Source of the DNA: Deinococcales bacterium
GTDB taxonomy: Bacteria; Deinococcota; Deinococci; Deinococcales; JAAFIG01
DNA: 64,000 nucleotides
Direction of reading: 5' to 3'
NCBI GenBank assembly: GCA_043778225.1
Contig: JAYWGM010000080.1
Location: 13,910-77,909, forward strand
Positions 19,661-30,329 of the stretch are shown piece after piece. The notes beneath the pieces were generated by a model, which was not told where the DNA came from, did no database searches, and saw nothing but the letters and a program-made list of their open reading frames with translations. A program made the translations under genes and the position numbers. Within the stretch, counting starts at the first letter, position 1. Every line of letters begins with the position of its first letter.

Positions 19661-22498
19661 TTACAAAAAAGCACTTTGCCATTGCTCAAGCGGCAGTGAG
19701 TTATCCGAAATTTGCAGTTCACCCAATAAATTCTGAGTTTTTTGTTTGGTCTCTGCCGATGTATTCGGATGTTCAAAGACCGTTTGTAGAATTCGACTGG
19801 CTAAATTGGGATTGCGTTCGATATGCCATTCTCCTACAAGTTTGAACGCCTCTAAAGCTCGAGGAATAAAGTTGAGTTGCAAGGCTAAGGTCAGTGCAGC
19901 ACAAAGCGATTGCTTAACAAGATGAGCATTTGATATGGCGATGCCGAGTGCCGCCAGATTGGTCAGTACCGTAATTTCTCCTGCTTGGTCGCCTATCGTC
20001 TTACGAATCTCGAGACTGGTATTTAGGTGTTCTCGAGCAGTTTCAAACTGTTGTAGCTTTGTTGCTAAAACACCAAGATTTGAATGCAGCACAGCAATCG
20101 GACGTTGATGTCCGATTTTTTCAAAAATCTCGAGACACTGCTGGTAGGTTGTAAAAGCCGCCGAATCTTGGTTGAGGACTTCGTAAACATTGGCAATGTT
20201 ATTCAGTACCGTAGCTAGACCAGCCGTATTATTTAATCGCGTTTGAATATCCCGAGCCTGCGTGTAGTGGGCAAGGGCAACTTGGTAATTGAGTTGACGC
20301 TTGGCAACAGCCCCTAGCAGACTGGCACATTCGGCAAGATTGAGATCGAGTTCAAAGCAGTTTTGGGCTTTGGTCACCACATTTTGTGTTTCTAAATAGT
20401 CCGCTTGCTCAAAATAAATAAATCCCATCTGTAGCCACGCTCGACCCGCTTCTTCGGTTAAACCGACTTGCTCGAGTTGGTTTGCTGCCAATTCAAGATT
20501 GTTGAGGGCATTTGGATACTCGCTGACAATTCTTAAAAATAAACCACGCCAAAAATTTGTTCGCCCTTCAAGGCTCGAGCCAGACTGGGCGCTATAACGT
20601 GCCAAAGAATCGAGTGCCACAAACCCCAAGCCGCGCACGTCCCAATAATCAGCAATAAGCCTTAGGTGCTGCTCGAGAACATCGTGCTGCATTTTTGCCC
20701 AATATAAAAAGGCGACATCCAGATTGGAGCGTTCGGTGTCCATGGCTTGCAGTGTGGCTGGTTGACGAAAAGACTTTTGCCAGCCTTGACAGCGCTCCGA
20801 GAAATACGCGGCATGATACGCCTGCAAGTTTGCAAGTGTACTCGAGTGGAGCGCCGCAAATTCCCGAATCATTTCATGGCACAAAAACCGACCCTGTTCA
20901 TCCTTACGAATCAGACCTTTATTGATCAGCGCCAGTAGCGTCGGCAGTTGCGTCTGACCGACTGCCTGTAAGCCTTCAAGACTTGCGCCACCCCGAAAGA
21001 CCGACAGCGCCTCGAGTGTCTGTTTCTCGCGCAGCGTTAATTGCACCCAAGTGCTTTGCAAAACCGCTTCTAAACTCCGATGCCGCAAAGGAATATCCTG
21101 CACATCGGTCTCGAGCCAGAGTTGACTCTTTTCAAGTTCGGTAGCAATTTGTTCTAAACTTAAAACCCGTGTCCAACGGGCAGCCAATTCGATTGCCAGT
21201 GGTAAGCCCTCGAGTTTCTGGACAATCTGCGCCACCAGCCTTGGTTCTAGGTTTTGCTGGCTCAGACGCTGGGCAACTTGGACAAATAAACGCACCGCTT
21301 GGTTGGTTGGAATTTCGAGCGCACTTTTTGGGACAGGCAAACCCAGTAAATCCAGAATTGTTTCGTCGTTGACCAGAAGCCGAACTCGAGAGGTCAGCAA
21401 TACCCGTAGGTGCTGACACTCGGTCAGTAAACGCCCGAGAAAACCTCGAGCCTCGAGCAGATGTTCCATGTTGTCCAGTACAAGCAAAATGGATTTTTCT
21501 TTAGCAAAGTCAAAAACTGTTTGTTCTAAACTTTGCTGTTGCTTATTTTGCACCCCAAGGGCAGCGGCTAAGGCAGTCACGACCTGATTGGCTTGGGTCA
21601 ACGCTGTACCATCCATAAACACCGAGCCATGGACAAATTGGGGACGCAATAACCTTGCTGCCTCAAGCGCCAAGCGGGTTTTTCCACTGCCGCCAAGCCC
21701 AACAATACTGACCAAGCGATTTGCGCCCAGCAGCCAAGTTTGTAGCTGCTCGAGTTCGATTTCTCGTCCGATAATCGGTAAAAAACTTTTACTTGGCAGC
21801 ACAGGGCGACTGACAGCTTGGTCTTGTAACAAAGCAAGCGTACTCGAATCTGGTTGAATTCCCATTTCGGCTGCTAAAGCACTCGAGAATCGCCCATAAA
21901 TTTTCTCAGCTTGTCCACGTTCTTTCTGAGCCAAGTAGCAGCGCATCAGGGCTTGTACGGCTGGTTCGCACAAGGGTTCGGCAAACAGTAATTTATCGAG
22001 CCACGCAATTGCCACACCATATTCTCGAGTTGCCTCAAGTTGGCTGGTGCGTTGCAGAATCGCTTCACGCCACAAACCATGCAAATGTTCGCGTTCAAAA
22101 CCAAGCCACGCTTCGAGACCCGCCAAGGCTGGCGGCATAAAACCCTCGAGCAATGCGCCTTGATAGATTTCTAACGCCTCGAGCCACTGCTGGTTTTTGC
22201 ATAGCGTCACAAAATTTTCTACATCGGTGCTGATTAAAAAACGCGCCCGCTTGGCATCGGTCTCGAGTGCGGCTGCCCAAGGAAATTGTTTTGCCCGATG
22301 AAAAATTAAACGCAGGGCATTACGGGCTGTTTGGTCATCGTCTTCTGGGCGAAACAGACACGCCAATTCGTCTCGAGCCACCCAATCGCGGCGCAGTGCC
22401 AAGTACAACAGCAACCACGCTGGACGCGCCAATGGCAACGGCTCGAGCCGACCATGGCTAAAAACACTGGCAACGCCAAGTAGTTGCAGTTCCATCAA
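19661..22498 (-). CDS. AfsR/SARP-type BTAD-NB-ARC-TPR (STAND) transcriptional regulator
   Basis: LLLYLAL...YQGALLEG, GLGGSGKTRLA, LVLDNMEH, GLPLAIELAA, TPRs. Confidence 0.95.
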   Translation of the reverse strand: MMELQLLGVASVFSHGRLEPLPLARPAWLLLYLALRRDWVARDELACLFRPEDDDQTARNALRLIFHRAKQFPWAAALETDAKRARFLISTDVENFVTLCKNQQWLEALEIYQGALLEGFMPPALAGLEAWLGFEREHLHGLWREAILQRTSQLEATREYGVAIAWLDKLLFAEPLCEPAVQALMRCYLAQKERGQAEKIYGRFSSALAAEMGIQPDSSTLALLQDQAVSRPVLPSKSFLPIIGREIELEQLQTWLLGANRLVSIVGLGGSGKTRLALEAARLLRPQFVHGSVFMDGTALTQANQVVTALAAALGVQNKQQQSLEQTVFDFAKEKSILLVLDNMEHLLEARGFLGRLLTECQHLRVLLTSRVRLLVNDETILDLLGLPVPKSALEIPTNQAVRLFVQVAQRLSQQNLEPRLVAQIVQKLEGLPLAIELAARWTRVLSLEQIATELEKSQLWLETDVQDIPLRHRSLEAVLQSTWVQLTLREKQTLEALSVFRGGASLEGLQAVGQTQLPTLLALINKGLIRKDEQGRFLCHEMIREFAALHSSTLANLQAYHAAYFSERCQGWQKSFRQPATLQAMDTERSNLDVAFLYWAKMQHDVLEQHLRLIADYWDVRGLGFVALDSLARYSAQSGSSLEGRTNFWRGLFLRIVSEYPNALNNLELAANQLEQVGLTEEAGRAWLQMGFIYFEQADYLETQNVVTKAQNCFELDLNLAECASLLGAVAKRQLNYQVALAHYTQARDIQTRLNNTAGLATVLNNIANVYEVLNQDSAAFTTYQQCLEIFEKIGHQRPIAVLHSNLGVLATKLQQFETAREHLNTSLEIRKTIGDQAGEITVLTNLAALGIAISNAHLVKQSLCAALTLALQLNFIPRALEAFKLVGEWHIERNPNLASRILQTVFEHPNTSAETKQKTQNLLGELQISDNSLPLEQWQSAFL

Positions 22499-22524
22499 TC
22501 AATAATAGCGCATTTTACAAAAGT

Positions 22525-22546
22525 AATGAAACGCAAATGAAACGCA
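22525..22546. promoter_or_regulatory. 11-bp direct repeat, probable SARP/wHTH binding site
   Basis: AATGAAACGCA x2 in the divergent intergenic region. Confidence 0.65.
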
Positions 22547-22582
22547 ACTGGGGCAAACTACTTTTAGGAAAAGGAGAAAATC

Positions 22583-24304
22583 ATGAAAAGATATTGGTTG
22601 ATCGCCGTGTTGTTTGTGGCTATTCTGGCTGCCTGTAACACACCAACGCCGACTGTTATTCTGCCCGAGGATGACCCAAGCACCACCCAAATCATTGATG
22701 GAACAGCCGCCGATGTCACCAATTTAGACACCACCGCCGTCTCGAGTAAAGCTGTGGTGTTAGATGCAGCCCTGTTGGCAGCCATTGTCAAAATAGACCG
22801 CAGTTCGGGCGAAGTGATTTTTGATGAAGCCAAATTACCACTGGGTTTACTGGCAACTGGTGGCAAACTCGAGGTCGGTAATACGATTGTGGCTCGAGGT
22901 ACACCTAAGTTAAGGCGCGGTTTGTTAAGAAAGATTACCCAAGTGACAAGGGAGAATGGCTTTGTGCGGGTTAAGACCGTGCAAGGTAAACTCAACGAAG
23001 TCTTTACGGCTGGTGGCTTTCGGGTGCAGCGCAAAATGAAATTAGCCGATGCCAAGTACATTATTTTACCCAACGGTCGAAAACAGGCTTTACAGCAGCA
23101 AACTGGAGTACGACCACAAGCCCTTGGGTTTCCAGTTCAAATTAACTTTTGCCCCGTTAATATAGACGGCAACACCGCCACCAAGAACGACCAAGTTTGT
23201 GTGTCTGGCAGTGTAGACATCAGCCTCGAGTTTATGTTTGTGTTTAAGTGCGAAGGCTTTTTGTGTACCAATCCGTTTTTGGACACCAATGTCAAGGTCA
23301 TTCAAACCACCAACTTGACCGTGACTGGCGAGTTATCGCGCACCATAGATAAACGCATTCCGCTTGGCACTGTGCCGCTCCCAATTATTGTCATTCCAGT
23401 TGGTTTTGTACCGCTTACTTTTGTACCAGAAATTGACCTCGAGGCAAGTTTAACTGGGCAAGTCAGCGTGAATTTTAACTGGAGCGCCAATCAACGTATG
23501 GAATTCACGGCGGGCATGGCACTCGAAAACGGCGCGTTTAGAACCTATGACCGTTTTACCAACGACATTGATACTTCTGGGATTGATGTCAGCATTAACA
23601 TGAACGCCGAGGCTCGAGTCGAAGCCGAAGCCAGTATATTGGTTTTTGGAATTGGTGGTCCGACCGTCACGGCTGGCTTATTTGTGACCTTTGAAGCGGG
23701 GTTTCCACGCACCCCAACTTGGTCTTTGGATGCTGGTTTTGATGTCAGTATTGGCTTAGAAATTGATATGTTTGGACTGATTCAAGCCGATGTCAAAGAA
23801 GAAATTTTCGAGAAACGTTTCCAACTTGCCGAAGCCCCAAATATCAAACCAACCGTTATTATTCAGTCTCCGCTCGAGGGCGACGAAATCGAATTAGCCG
23901 TCAATACCGATGCAGTAGGTATTCCATCGGCGGGTATTCCAGCCGGCACAAAGTACATTAAGTTACCCAAAGCCGACATTAAAACTGATGATGCCGAAGA
24001 TGGCGAACGCTGCTGTACCGTTGTCTGGGAATTTGGCAACAATGGCAACGGTGCGACCACCAATCCAGGACCTCATATGCTCGAGGACAGAAGAATCAAT
24101 GGTGGGCTGAACGGTGTTGCCAAGCAGCAAACCATCACCGTTACTGCCACCGACTCGAGCGGCGGCAAAACCACCAAGACTTGGAACTACAAATACAAAG
24201 AATGCCAGAATTATGTGACCTTTGCCGCCACGGGTCTACGTTCTTGTGCCACCCCGATGGATCCCAAATCGTTTGAAGCCTTTGGTCCAAGAACCCTCCA
24301 ATAA
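22583..24304 (+). CDS. Large lipoprotein, hypothetical
   Basis: Lipobox LAAC; AAGGAG RBS; beta-rich body with an Ig-like C-terminus. Confidence 0.85.
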   Translation: MKRYWLIAVLFVAILAACNTPTPTVILPEDDPSTTQIIDGTAADVTNLDTTAVSSKAVVLDAALLAAIVKIDRSSGEVIFDEAKLPLGLLATGGKLEVGNTIVARGTPKLRRGLLRKITQVTRENGFVRVKTVQGKLNEVFTAGGFRVQRKMKLADAKYIILPNGRKQALQQQTGVRPQALGFPVQINFCPVNIDGNTATKNDQVCVSGSVDISLEFMFVFKCEGFLCTNPFLDTNVKVIQTTNLTVTGELSRTIDKRIPLGTVPLPIIVIPVGFVPLTFVPEIDLEASLTGQVSVNFNWSANQRMEFTAGMALENGAFRTYDRFTNDIDTSGIDVSINMNAEARVEAEASILVFGIGGPTVTAGLFVTFEAGFPRTPTWSLDAGFDVSIGLEIDMFGLIQADVKEEIFEKRFQLAEAPNIKPTVIIQSPLEGDEIELAVNTDAVGIPSAGIPAGTKYIKLPKADIKTDDAEDGERCCTVVWEFGNNGNGATTNPGPHMLEDRRINGGLNGVAKQQTITVTATDSSGGKTTKTWNYKYKECQNYVTFAATGLRSCATPMDPKSFEAFGPRTLQ

Positions 24305-24308
24305 ATCC

Positions 24309-24491
24309 ATGCCCGACCTCGAGTATCACTTAAAAATCATCCCAGCCAAAGCAGGGCAGCCTTGGAGCGCCCTGCTTGAAGGCAACGGAGTCGTTTTGCG
24401 TTTCTCGAGTCTGCTCGAGTTGGCACGCTACCTCGAGGTCGCGGTTGGAAAAGTCAGTCATTCGGTTTTAGAAAAGGAGTTAAAAGCATGA
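24309..24491 (+). CDS. Small hypothetical protein
   Basis: MPDLEYHLKI...WSALLE...FSSLLELARYLE; ATGA coupling to the next gene. Confidence 0.65.
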   Translation: MPDLEYHLKIIPAKAGQPWSALLEGNGVVLRFSSLLELARYLEVAVGKVSHSVLEKELKA

Positions 24492-25030
24492 AAAAGTATG
24501 GATTATTGTTGGCTTGTGTATTACCAATCGCTTTTGCCCAAACCAGTTACCCAAGCACGGTGACTCGTTTAATTCCAGTCGAACGCGGAAAAATTGTTTC
24601 AATCACCAGCACCCTCGAGTCTGGCGTGGCAATGCCAGATTTATCATGGGCTTGGCGTTCGGACATGGCGTGTTTTGTGCAGTTGCAGGCTTGGAAATTT
24701 GACAATAAACACAAAATGTTTGCGATTCCAACCAAGTTTTCGGGTATTGGCGAAATTACCGTGCGGGTTATTCCAACCGACCCGAACATCAACCTCAGTG
24801 TTTGGTATTACATGGCTGGGTCAACCGATTACCGTATACCGCCACAAGTCTCGAATATGCGGGCTTGCGAAGCCGATTTTAAGTGGGACAGACCCTTTAA
24901 GAACCAAACCCAAGACCATACACGCTGGGTCTCGAGTGGCGCAAAAGGCAACGAGAATGTGCTGATTGGCGTGAGTGCGCCTAAAGATGTGACAACGGCA
25001 GAATTCAAGCTCGAGGTCTCTGTCAAATGA
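24488..25030 (+). CDS. Secreted hypothetical protein
   Basis: Signal peptide (AFA); AAGGAG RBS. Confidence 0.8.
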   Translation: MKKYGLLLACVLPIAFAQTSYPSTVTRLIPVERGKIVSITSTLESGVAMPDLSWAWRSDMACFVQLQAWKFDNKHKMFAIPTKFSGIGEITVRVIPTDPNINLSVWYYMAGSTDYRIPPQVSNMRACEADFKWDRPFKNQTQDHTRWVSSGAKGNENVLIGVSAPKDVTTAEFKLEVSVK

Positions 25031-25602
25031 AATACGTTTTTGCGATTCTTCTGCTCTCGAGTCTGGTGCTTGCCGAAAAACTCTATGCCCGTTCTTTACG
25101 AACCGAATGGACAAAATCGGGCATGATAAGCGGCATGAGCAGCGCCCAAGCCATGAACATCAATGGCGCAAAAGCAGCCTATAAAAACAGCCTTGGATAC
25201 ATTGGCAATCAGAAAAATAGCCTACTCTTTGGGATTTCTTTTGTGGCTTTTAAGGATGCAGCCGTCACCAACAGCCTTGGGATTTCGTACAATGGGCAAC
25301 CAAAAAACTTAGCCGAATTTGCCAATGCTTCGGGCAGCATTATCGCCTATAAGTCAGCAGCTTGCCTTGGCATGAGCGAAAAAACGGTTCAAGCGATTGC
25401 CAAAGTATTTTTTGAGACCATCCAAGCCGCCCAAAAATCTGGGCAGCCCATCAAGACTGTCCAGCGACAATTTGGGGTTTTTAATCTGTACCTTGGCAAT
25501 ACCACCGTCAAAACCCCCAATATCTTATTCAGCATGGTCATCTCAAGCAATGGTGTATTGGGCAAATCTGGTTGGCTCGAGTATTGCAACCCAAAGCAAT
25601 AA
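25027..25602 (+). CDS. Secreted hypothetical protein
   Basis: Signal peptide; ATGA overlap with the previous gene. Confidence 0.75.
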   Translation: MKYVFAILLLSSLVLAEKLYARSLRTEWTKSGMISGMSSAQAMNINGAKAAYKNSLGYIGNQKNSLLFGISFVAFKDAAVTNSLGISYNGQPKNLAEFANASGSIIAYKSAACLGMSEKTVQAIAKVFFETIQAAQKSGQPIKTVQRQFGVFNLYLGNTTVKTPNILFSMVISSNGVLGKSGWLEYCNPKQ

Positions 25603-25656
25603 TTGGTACAGCCCCTAAACAGTAAGCCAGCCATTTATCGTAGTATGCAAGGCATC

Positions 25657-28044
25657 ATGGACTTTGAAAAACTCGGTGCGTTTTACCTCGGCAAAAACTT
25701 TGACTCGAGCAATGCAACACTCAGCGACCAATTTACGCTCTATGAATCTAAGCACCTGACCACCCATGCAGTGATTATCGGCATGACCGGTTCTGGCAAA
25801 ACTGGCTTAGGCATTGGTTTACTCGAGGAAGCCCTGATTGATAACATTCCAGTCATTGCGATTGACCCAAAAGGCGATTTAGCCAATTTGCTGCTGACTT
25901 TCCCCAACCTTGCTTCGACCGAATTTGAGCCATGGGTCAATACCGATGCGGCGGCTCAGGCGGGTAAGTCCACGGCAGATTTTGCGGCGCTGCAAGCTGG
26001 AACGTGGCAAAAAGGTTTGTCCGATTGGGGCATGGATGCGCCCAGAATCCAAAAAATGCGCTCGAGTATTGATTTTACGATTTATACGCCCGGTTCTAAC
26101 GCGGGTGTGCCTGTTTCGGTCTTAAAAAGTTTTGATGCGCCACCCGCATCGATTCTCGAGGATTCCGATGCGTTGCGAGAAAAAATTCAAAGCACCACCA
26201 CAGGCTTATTGGGTTTACTGGATATTGAAGCCGACCCAATTCGTTCTCGAGAACATATTTTTATTTCAAGTATTTTTAGTGCCGTCTGGCTTGAGGGCAA
26301 AAACCTCGATTTAGGTGGATTGATTGAAAGCATTCAAAATCCGCCTTTTGAAAAAGTTGGTGTGATGGGACTCGAGTCTTTTTATCCAGCCAAGGAACGC
26401 TTTGAACTTGCCATGAGCATCAATAATCTACTTGCCAGTCCGGGTTTTGCAGCGTGGATGGAAGGCGAACCGCTCGATGTCAAGAATTTTTTATGGACAA
26501 AAGAAGGTAAGCCGCGCTGTTCGGTGTTTAGTATCGCCCATTTGTCGGATGGCGAAAGAATGTTCTTTGTCTCGAGTTTACTGAACGCGCTTTTATCGTG
26601 GATGCGTCAACAAAGTGGCACACCCAGCTTACGGGCTATTTTTTATATGGATGAGATTTTTGGCTACTTTCCACCCAATGGTAATCCACCCAGTAAAACC
26701 CCAATGCTGACGCTCTTAAAACAAGCTCGAGCCTTTGGGCTAGGGATGGTACTCAGCACCCAAAACCCAGTGGATTTAGATTACAAAGGTTTAAGTAACA
26801 CTGGAACGTGGTTTATTGGCAGATTGCAAACCGAAAACGATAAAGCCAGAGTTCTCGAGGCATTAAGCAGTGCTGGAGGCTCGAGCAACACCGATTTAGA
26901 TAAGGTTTTATCTAGCCTTGGCAAGCGCGTTTTTTTAATGCACAACATCAATAACCCTAAGCCGATGACTTTCCAGACCCGTTGGACAATGAGCTACTTG
27001 GCGGGTCCAATCACTTTAGAACAAATTAAAATTTTAATGCGCGAAAAAAAGAACCAAAAAACCTCTGCTACGACCGACACACCAATGACGCTAAAATCCA
27101 CACCAGAAAATAACTCGAGCCGCCCAAGCCTTCCGCCCACCGTTAGGCAATTTTATCTCCCCTCGAGTAGCCAAGGCATTACCTATTACCCAATGCTTTG
27201 GGGCAGTGCCAATGTGCGTTATGCCAACAGCAAACAAAAACTGGATGTGATGCAAAATAAACGCTATTTGGTCTCAATCACCGATGCGCCTGTACCTGTG
27301 GTTTGGGATGAAGCCGAAAGTTTAGAGTTTGATGTCAATGCGCTTGAGGAAACTGGACTCGAGAATGCAGCCTACGCCGAACTTGCCAGTGCTGCCAGCA
27401 ACCCAAAAAATTACGACAAATGGCAAAAGGAATTTGCCAAATGGATAAGCTCGAGCCAAGTCCTAACACTTTTCTCGAGCGCCAAATTTAAGGCGATTTC
27501 AGAAATGGGCGAATCTGAAGGCGATTTTAGAACGCGCCTGACTCAAGTCGCAAGGGAGCAGCGCGATGCAGGTTCAGCCACGATACAAGCCAAATACGTG
27601 CCAAAACTGACTAAACTTGAAGTGCGTTTACAAACCGTTAAAGCAAAGCAAGCCGAACAAGCCGCTCAAGCAGGGCAAGCCCAATTGCAAGCTGCCTTAA
27701 ATGTTGGGGCTGGAATCCTAGGGGCTTTATTTGGTGGTGGACGAAAAACCAATGTGATTGCCAAAGTGGGTTCGGGGATGCGTGGCGCGAGTAAAGCCTT
27801 TAAGGAAGGGCAAGATGTAACAAGAGCAGCCGAAAGTGTTGAAGGTGTGCAAGCCGAACTACAAGAATTACAAGCTGAACTGGCTGCCGAACTCGAGGGG
27901 ATTAGCGCCGTAGACCCAAACGAACCGCTCGAGACGATTGAGATTAAAGCCAAAGCCAGCGATGTTGGTGTTGAACTGGTGGCATTGGTTTGGACTCCGT
28001 ACACAAGAGATGACAAAGGGCGTTTGACTCCAGCGTGGGCTTGA
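25657..28044 (+). CDS. HerA/DUF87-like P-loop ATPase with coiled-coil C-terminus
   Basis: GMTGSGKT, IDPKGD, YMDEIFG, QARAFGLG...TQNPVDLDYK. Confidence 0.85.
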   Translation: MDFEKLGAFYLGKNFDSSNATLSDQFTLYESKHLTTHAVIIGMTGSGKTGLGIGLLEEALIDNIPVIAIDPKGDLANLLLTFPNLASTEFEPWVNTDAAAQAGKSTADFAALQAGTWQKGLSDWGMDAPRIQKMRSSIDFTIYTPGSNAGVPVSVLKSFDAPPASILEDSDALREKIQSTTTGLLGLLDIEADPIRSREHIFISSIFSAVWLEGKNLDLGGLIESIQNPPFEKVGVMGLESFYPAKERFELAMSINNLLASPGFAAWMEGEPLDVKNFLWTKEGKPRCSVFSIAHLSDGERMFFVSSLLNALLSWMRQQSGTPSLRAIFYMDEIFGYFPPNGNPPSKTPMLTLLKQARAFGLGMVLSTQNPVDLDYKGLSNTGTWFIGRLQTENDKARVLEALSSAGGSSNTDLDKVLSSLGKRVFLMHNINNPKPMTFQTRWTMSYLAGPITLEQIKILMREKKNQKTSATTDTPMTLKSTPENNSSRPSLPPTVRQFYLPSSSQGITYYPMLWGSANVRYANSKQKLDVMQNKRYLVSITDAPVPVVWDEAESLEFDVNALEETGLENAAYAELASAASNPKNYDKWQKEFAKWISSSQVLTLFSSAKFKAISEMGESEGDFRTRLTQVAREQRDAGSATIQAKYVPKLTKLEVRLQTVKAKQAEQAAQAGQAQLQAALNVGAGILGALFGGGRKTNVIAKVGSGMRGASKAFKEGQDVTRAAESVEGVQAELQELQAELAAELEGISAVDPNEPLETIEIKAKASDVGVELVALVWTPYTRDDKGRLTPAWA

Positions 28045-28170
28045 ATTCTTCTGGCTCGAGCATCGGCAAGTACACCAAAACTAAAGCTGGATTCTTATAC
28101 AGACAGTTTGGTGTTTATCGAAGCTGCAAAATAGCTCAAGCCAAAAAAGTTTTGTGCTGCTCGAGTTGGT

Positions 28171-28416
28171 TTAGAATTTTTGGTCATCCGATTTATGACG
28201 CTGGACTTCTTTGGGACGCAACTTGCCAAGTTTGGTGATGCGTCCCTCGACCCGTTCACGCCAACGGATGTAGGTTTTTTTGCTCTGGACACGACGCATC
28301 AGGTTTTTGAGATCTTTTTCTTTTAAGCCAAATTGGGCTTCAATGGCTTCAAAAGGGGTGCGGTCTTCCCATGCCATCATGACAATTCTATCGGTATCTT
28401 CGGGCGAAAATTCCAT
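28171..28416 (-). CDS. TIGR03643 (DUF2805) family protein
   Basis: MAWEDRTPFEAIEAQFGL...WRERVEGR. Confidence 0.85.
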   Translation of the reverse strand: MEFSPEDTDRIVMMAWEDRTPFEAIEAQFGLKEKDLKNLMRRVQSKKTYIRWRERVEGRITKLGKLRPKEVQRHKSDDQKF

Positions 28417-28646
28417 GATAAACAGTACACAACTACAGCCTCACCGTTTCTTGTGGTTACCATACAATTGAAGTGAGTCACTCTTACGTCACACCAAAAA
28501 GCGAGATGAAATAGTTTTCTCGAGCATTTTCAAAACCGCTTTAGCCTTTGGCTCAAGCAACACGGGCAGGTCAGCCGCTCGAATCGCAGCCGTTAAAGCG
28601 CTACACCTCGAGATGGGCAAAAGAAGTTATAAGGTATCAAAACAGC

Positions 28647-28682
28647 AAAAAAGTACACGCACCTTTTAACAAATGCGTGTAT
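28647..28682 (-). terminator. Terminator after tRNA-Pro
   Basis: Minus strand: ATACACGCA...TGCGTGTAC TTTTTT. Confidence 0.75.
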
Positions 28683-28686
28683 AGCG

Positions 28687-28763
28687 TGGTCGGGGTGGCG
28701 AGATTTGAACTCACGACCACTTGACCCCCAGTCAAGTGCGCTACCAGGCTGCGCTACACCCCG
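28687..28763 (-). tRNA. tRNA-Pro(GGG)
   Basis: CGGGGTGTAGCGCAGCCTGGTAGCGCACTTGACTGGGGGTCAAG...GTTCAAATC...CCCCGACCA; 77 nt with encoded CCA. Confidence 0.97.
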
Positions 28764-28824
28764 CCCTTCTGGCTCAAGAAGGCTATCAGACGAATGCGGC
28801 GCGGTCAAGTGGTAGAGTAAATTC

Positions 28825-29325
28825 GTGCGTTCTTTTGTGGCTTCTTGGTTGATGGGTTTACTTTTGTTGGGCGTGGGTTGCGCTGCAATTTTTGCTTTCC
28901 CAGCCTTTCCTATACGTCTAGCAGTGGCGTGCCTGATGGTTTTTTTGGTGGATGCCTTTGGCGGACGCTGGTTTGGCTATACGGCTATCCCGTTTATTGC
29001 TGTGGGTTTACTAAACGATACAGCAGGGAATTGGATTTTGGTTTTGCCACTTTTACTAGGTGCATTTTGGGCAGCCTTGTTTTTGCGCCATGTTGAACCC
29101 GGTTGGTTTGGCGTACCACTCGGGATGATTGGTTTTGTTGTGCCTTTGTTTGGTTTGTTGTTTTTACAACAGCGAATAGACCCGAATATCCAATTGCCGC
29201 TTAAAGGTCAATTCACCATGTATTATGTTGCATCTGGTACGGTTGCTATTTTAGTTTCCAGTGTAGTTTTACAGCTTTTACGGCGGTCTCGAGTCAAACC
29301 AGTTCGGCGGATTGCGGTGCGTTAG
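28825..29325 (+). CDS. Hypothetical integral membrane protein
   Basis: Several hydrophobic segments; TAGAGT 6 nt upstream of the GTG start. Confidence 0.75.
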   Translation: MRSFVASWLMGLLLLGVGCAAIFAFPAFPIRLAVACLMVFLVDAFGGRWFGYTAIPFIAVGLLNDTAGNWILVLPLLLGAFWAALFLRHVEPGWFGVPLGMIGFVVPLFGLLFLQQRIDPNIQLPLKGQFTMYYVASGTVAILVSSVVLQLLRRSRVKPVRRIAVR

Positions 29326-29328
29326 CCG

Positions 29329-30198
29329 ATGTCTATGGTCTGGTGGAGATTATTGCGCCAGTTTTTGGATTTATTTGTGGCGCGTTGGAACACAGCACAA
29401 GTACCAATTTTAGCCGCCAGTCTGGCGTATTATGCCACTTTTAGCTTATTTCCGTTGTTGTTGTTGGCAGTGGCTGGTTTTGGGTTTGCTTTGGCGCAGT
29501 ATCCAAGTTTACGCAATGAAGTTCTATTTTTTTTACAAACCACCATCCAGCAGGTTTTTCCGAGTGCGGCGGATTTACTTAACCAGAATCTCGAGAGCCT
29601 AAAACTTGGTGTTCTTGAAAAGTTTGCTGCCAATGCTGGGGTCAGCAGCCTCATTGCTTTAGCGGGTCTGATTTGGTCTGCCAGTGGCTTTTTTACAGTG
29701 CTTCAAACAGCTTTAACCCTAGCCATTCCGGGAAGGCGCAACCGCACGGTCGTGATGCAACGCGTTTTGGCATTTGTCACGGTTTTTACACTTGCGCCTT
29801 TGATGCTTTTTTTGATGATTTTGGGTTCGGTTCTCTCGAGCTTATCAAGTGTACCACTTCTCGCCCCAATTCAAGCCTACTCGAGTGGTGTCTTAGCGCT
29901 GCTTGGCGCATATGTTTTGTTTAGTTTGTCGTACCGCTATTTGCCCGCCCATAACCCCGGTTGGCGAGCCAGTCTGCTTGGGGCATTGCCAACCGCTTTA
30001 ATCTGGCAAGCCGCTCGGCTGAGTTTGGGTTTACTGACCCCAATCTCGAGTTTCCAAGCAACTTACGGCATTTTGGCTGGGTTTTTGCTGTTGCTGGCGT
30101 GGTTGTATTTAACTTTGCAGATTTTTTTAGCGGGTGGGGTGTTGGTTGGTTTGATTGAGCAAGCTGCCTTGCCCACGAGCAATCTCGAGCAAGGCTGA
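29329..30198 (+). CDS. YihY/virulence factor BrkB family membrane protein
   Basis: AASLAYYATFSLFPLLL, YRYLP, YGILAG...LAWLY. Confidence 0.92.
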   Translation: MSMVWWRLLRQFLDLFVARWNTAQVPILAASLAYYATFSLFPLLLLAVAGFGFALAQYPSLRNEVLFFLQTTIQQVFPSAADLLNQNLESLKLGVLEKFAANAGVSSLIALAGLIWSASGFFTVLQTALTLAIPGRRNRTVVMQRVLAFVTVFTLAPLMLFLMILGSVLSSLSSVPLLAPIQAYSSGVLALLGAYVLFSLSYRYLPAHNPGWRASLLGALPTALIWQAARLSLGLLTPISSFQATYGILAGFLLLLAWLYLTLQIFLAGGVLVGLIEQAALPTSNLEQG

Positions 30199-30329
30199 AA
30201 AGGCGCAAAGGTGCATTACCCCCTTGCATTCTTTGGTTTGTTTGCTATACTCCTTGGGCTGCCGCGAGGCACAAAAACATAAGGCTGGCTGGGCTATTTA
30301 CCCGGTAACACGCCCGGAGGAAAATAAAA

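Noticed and set aside
25657..28044. HerA-like ATPase as part of a defence or conjugation system
   Set aside because: No NurA, Sir2 or T4SS partner is adjacent, and it looks like a widespread stand-alone family
28045..28763. Integrated element at tRNA-Pro
   Set aside because: No integrase nearby, and I saw no duplicate of the tRNA 3' end in the window
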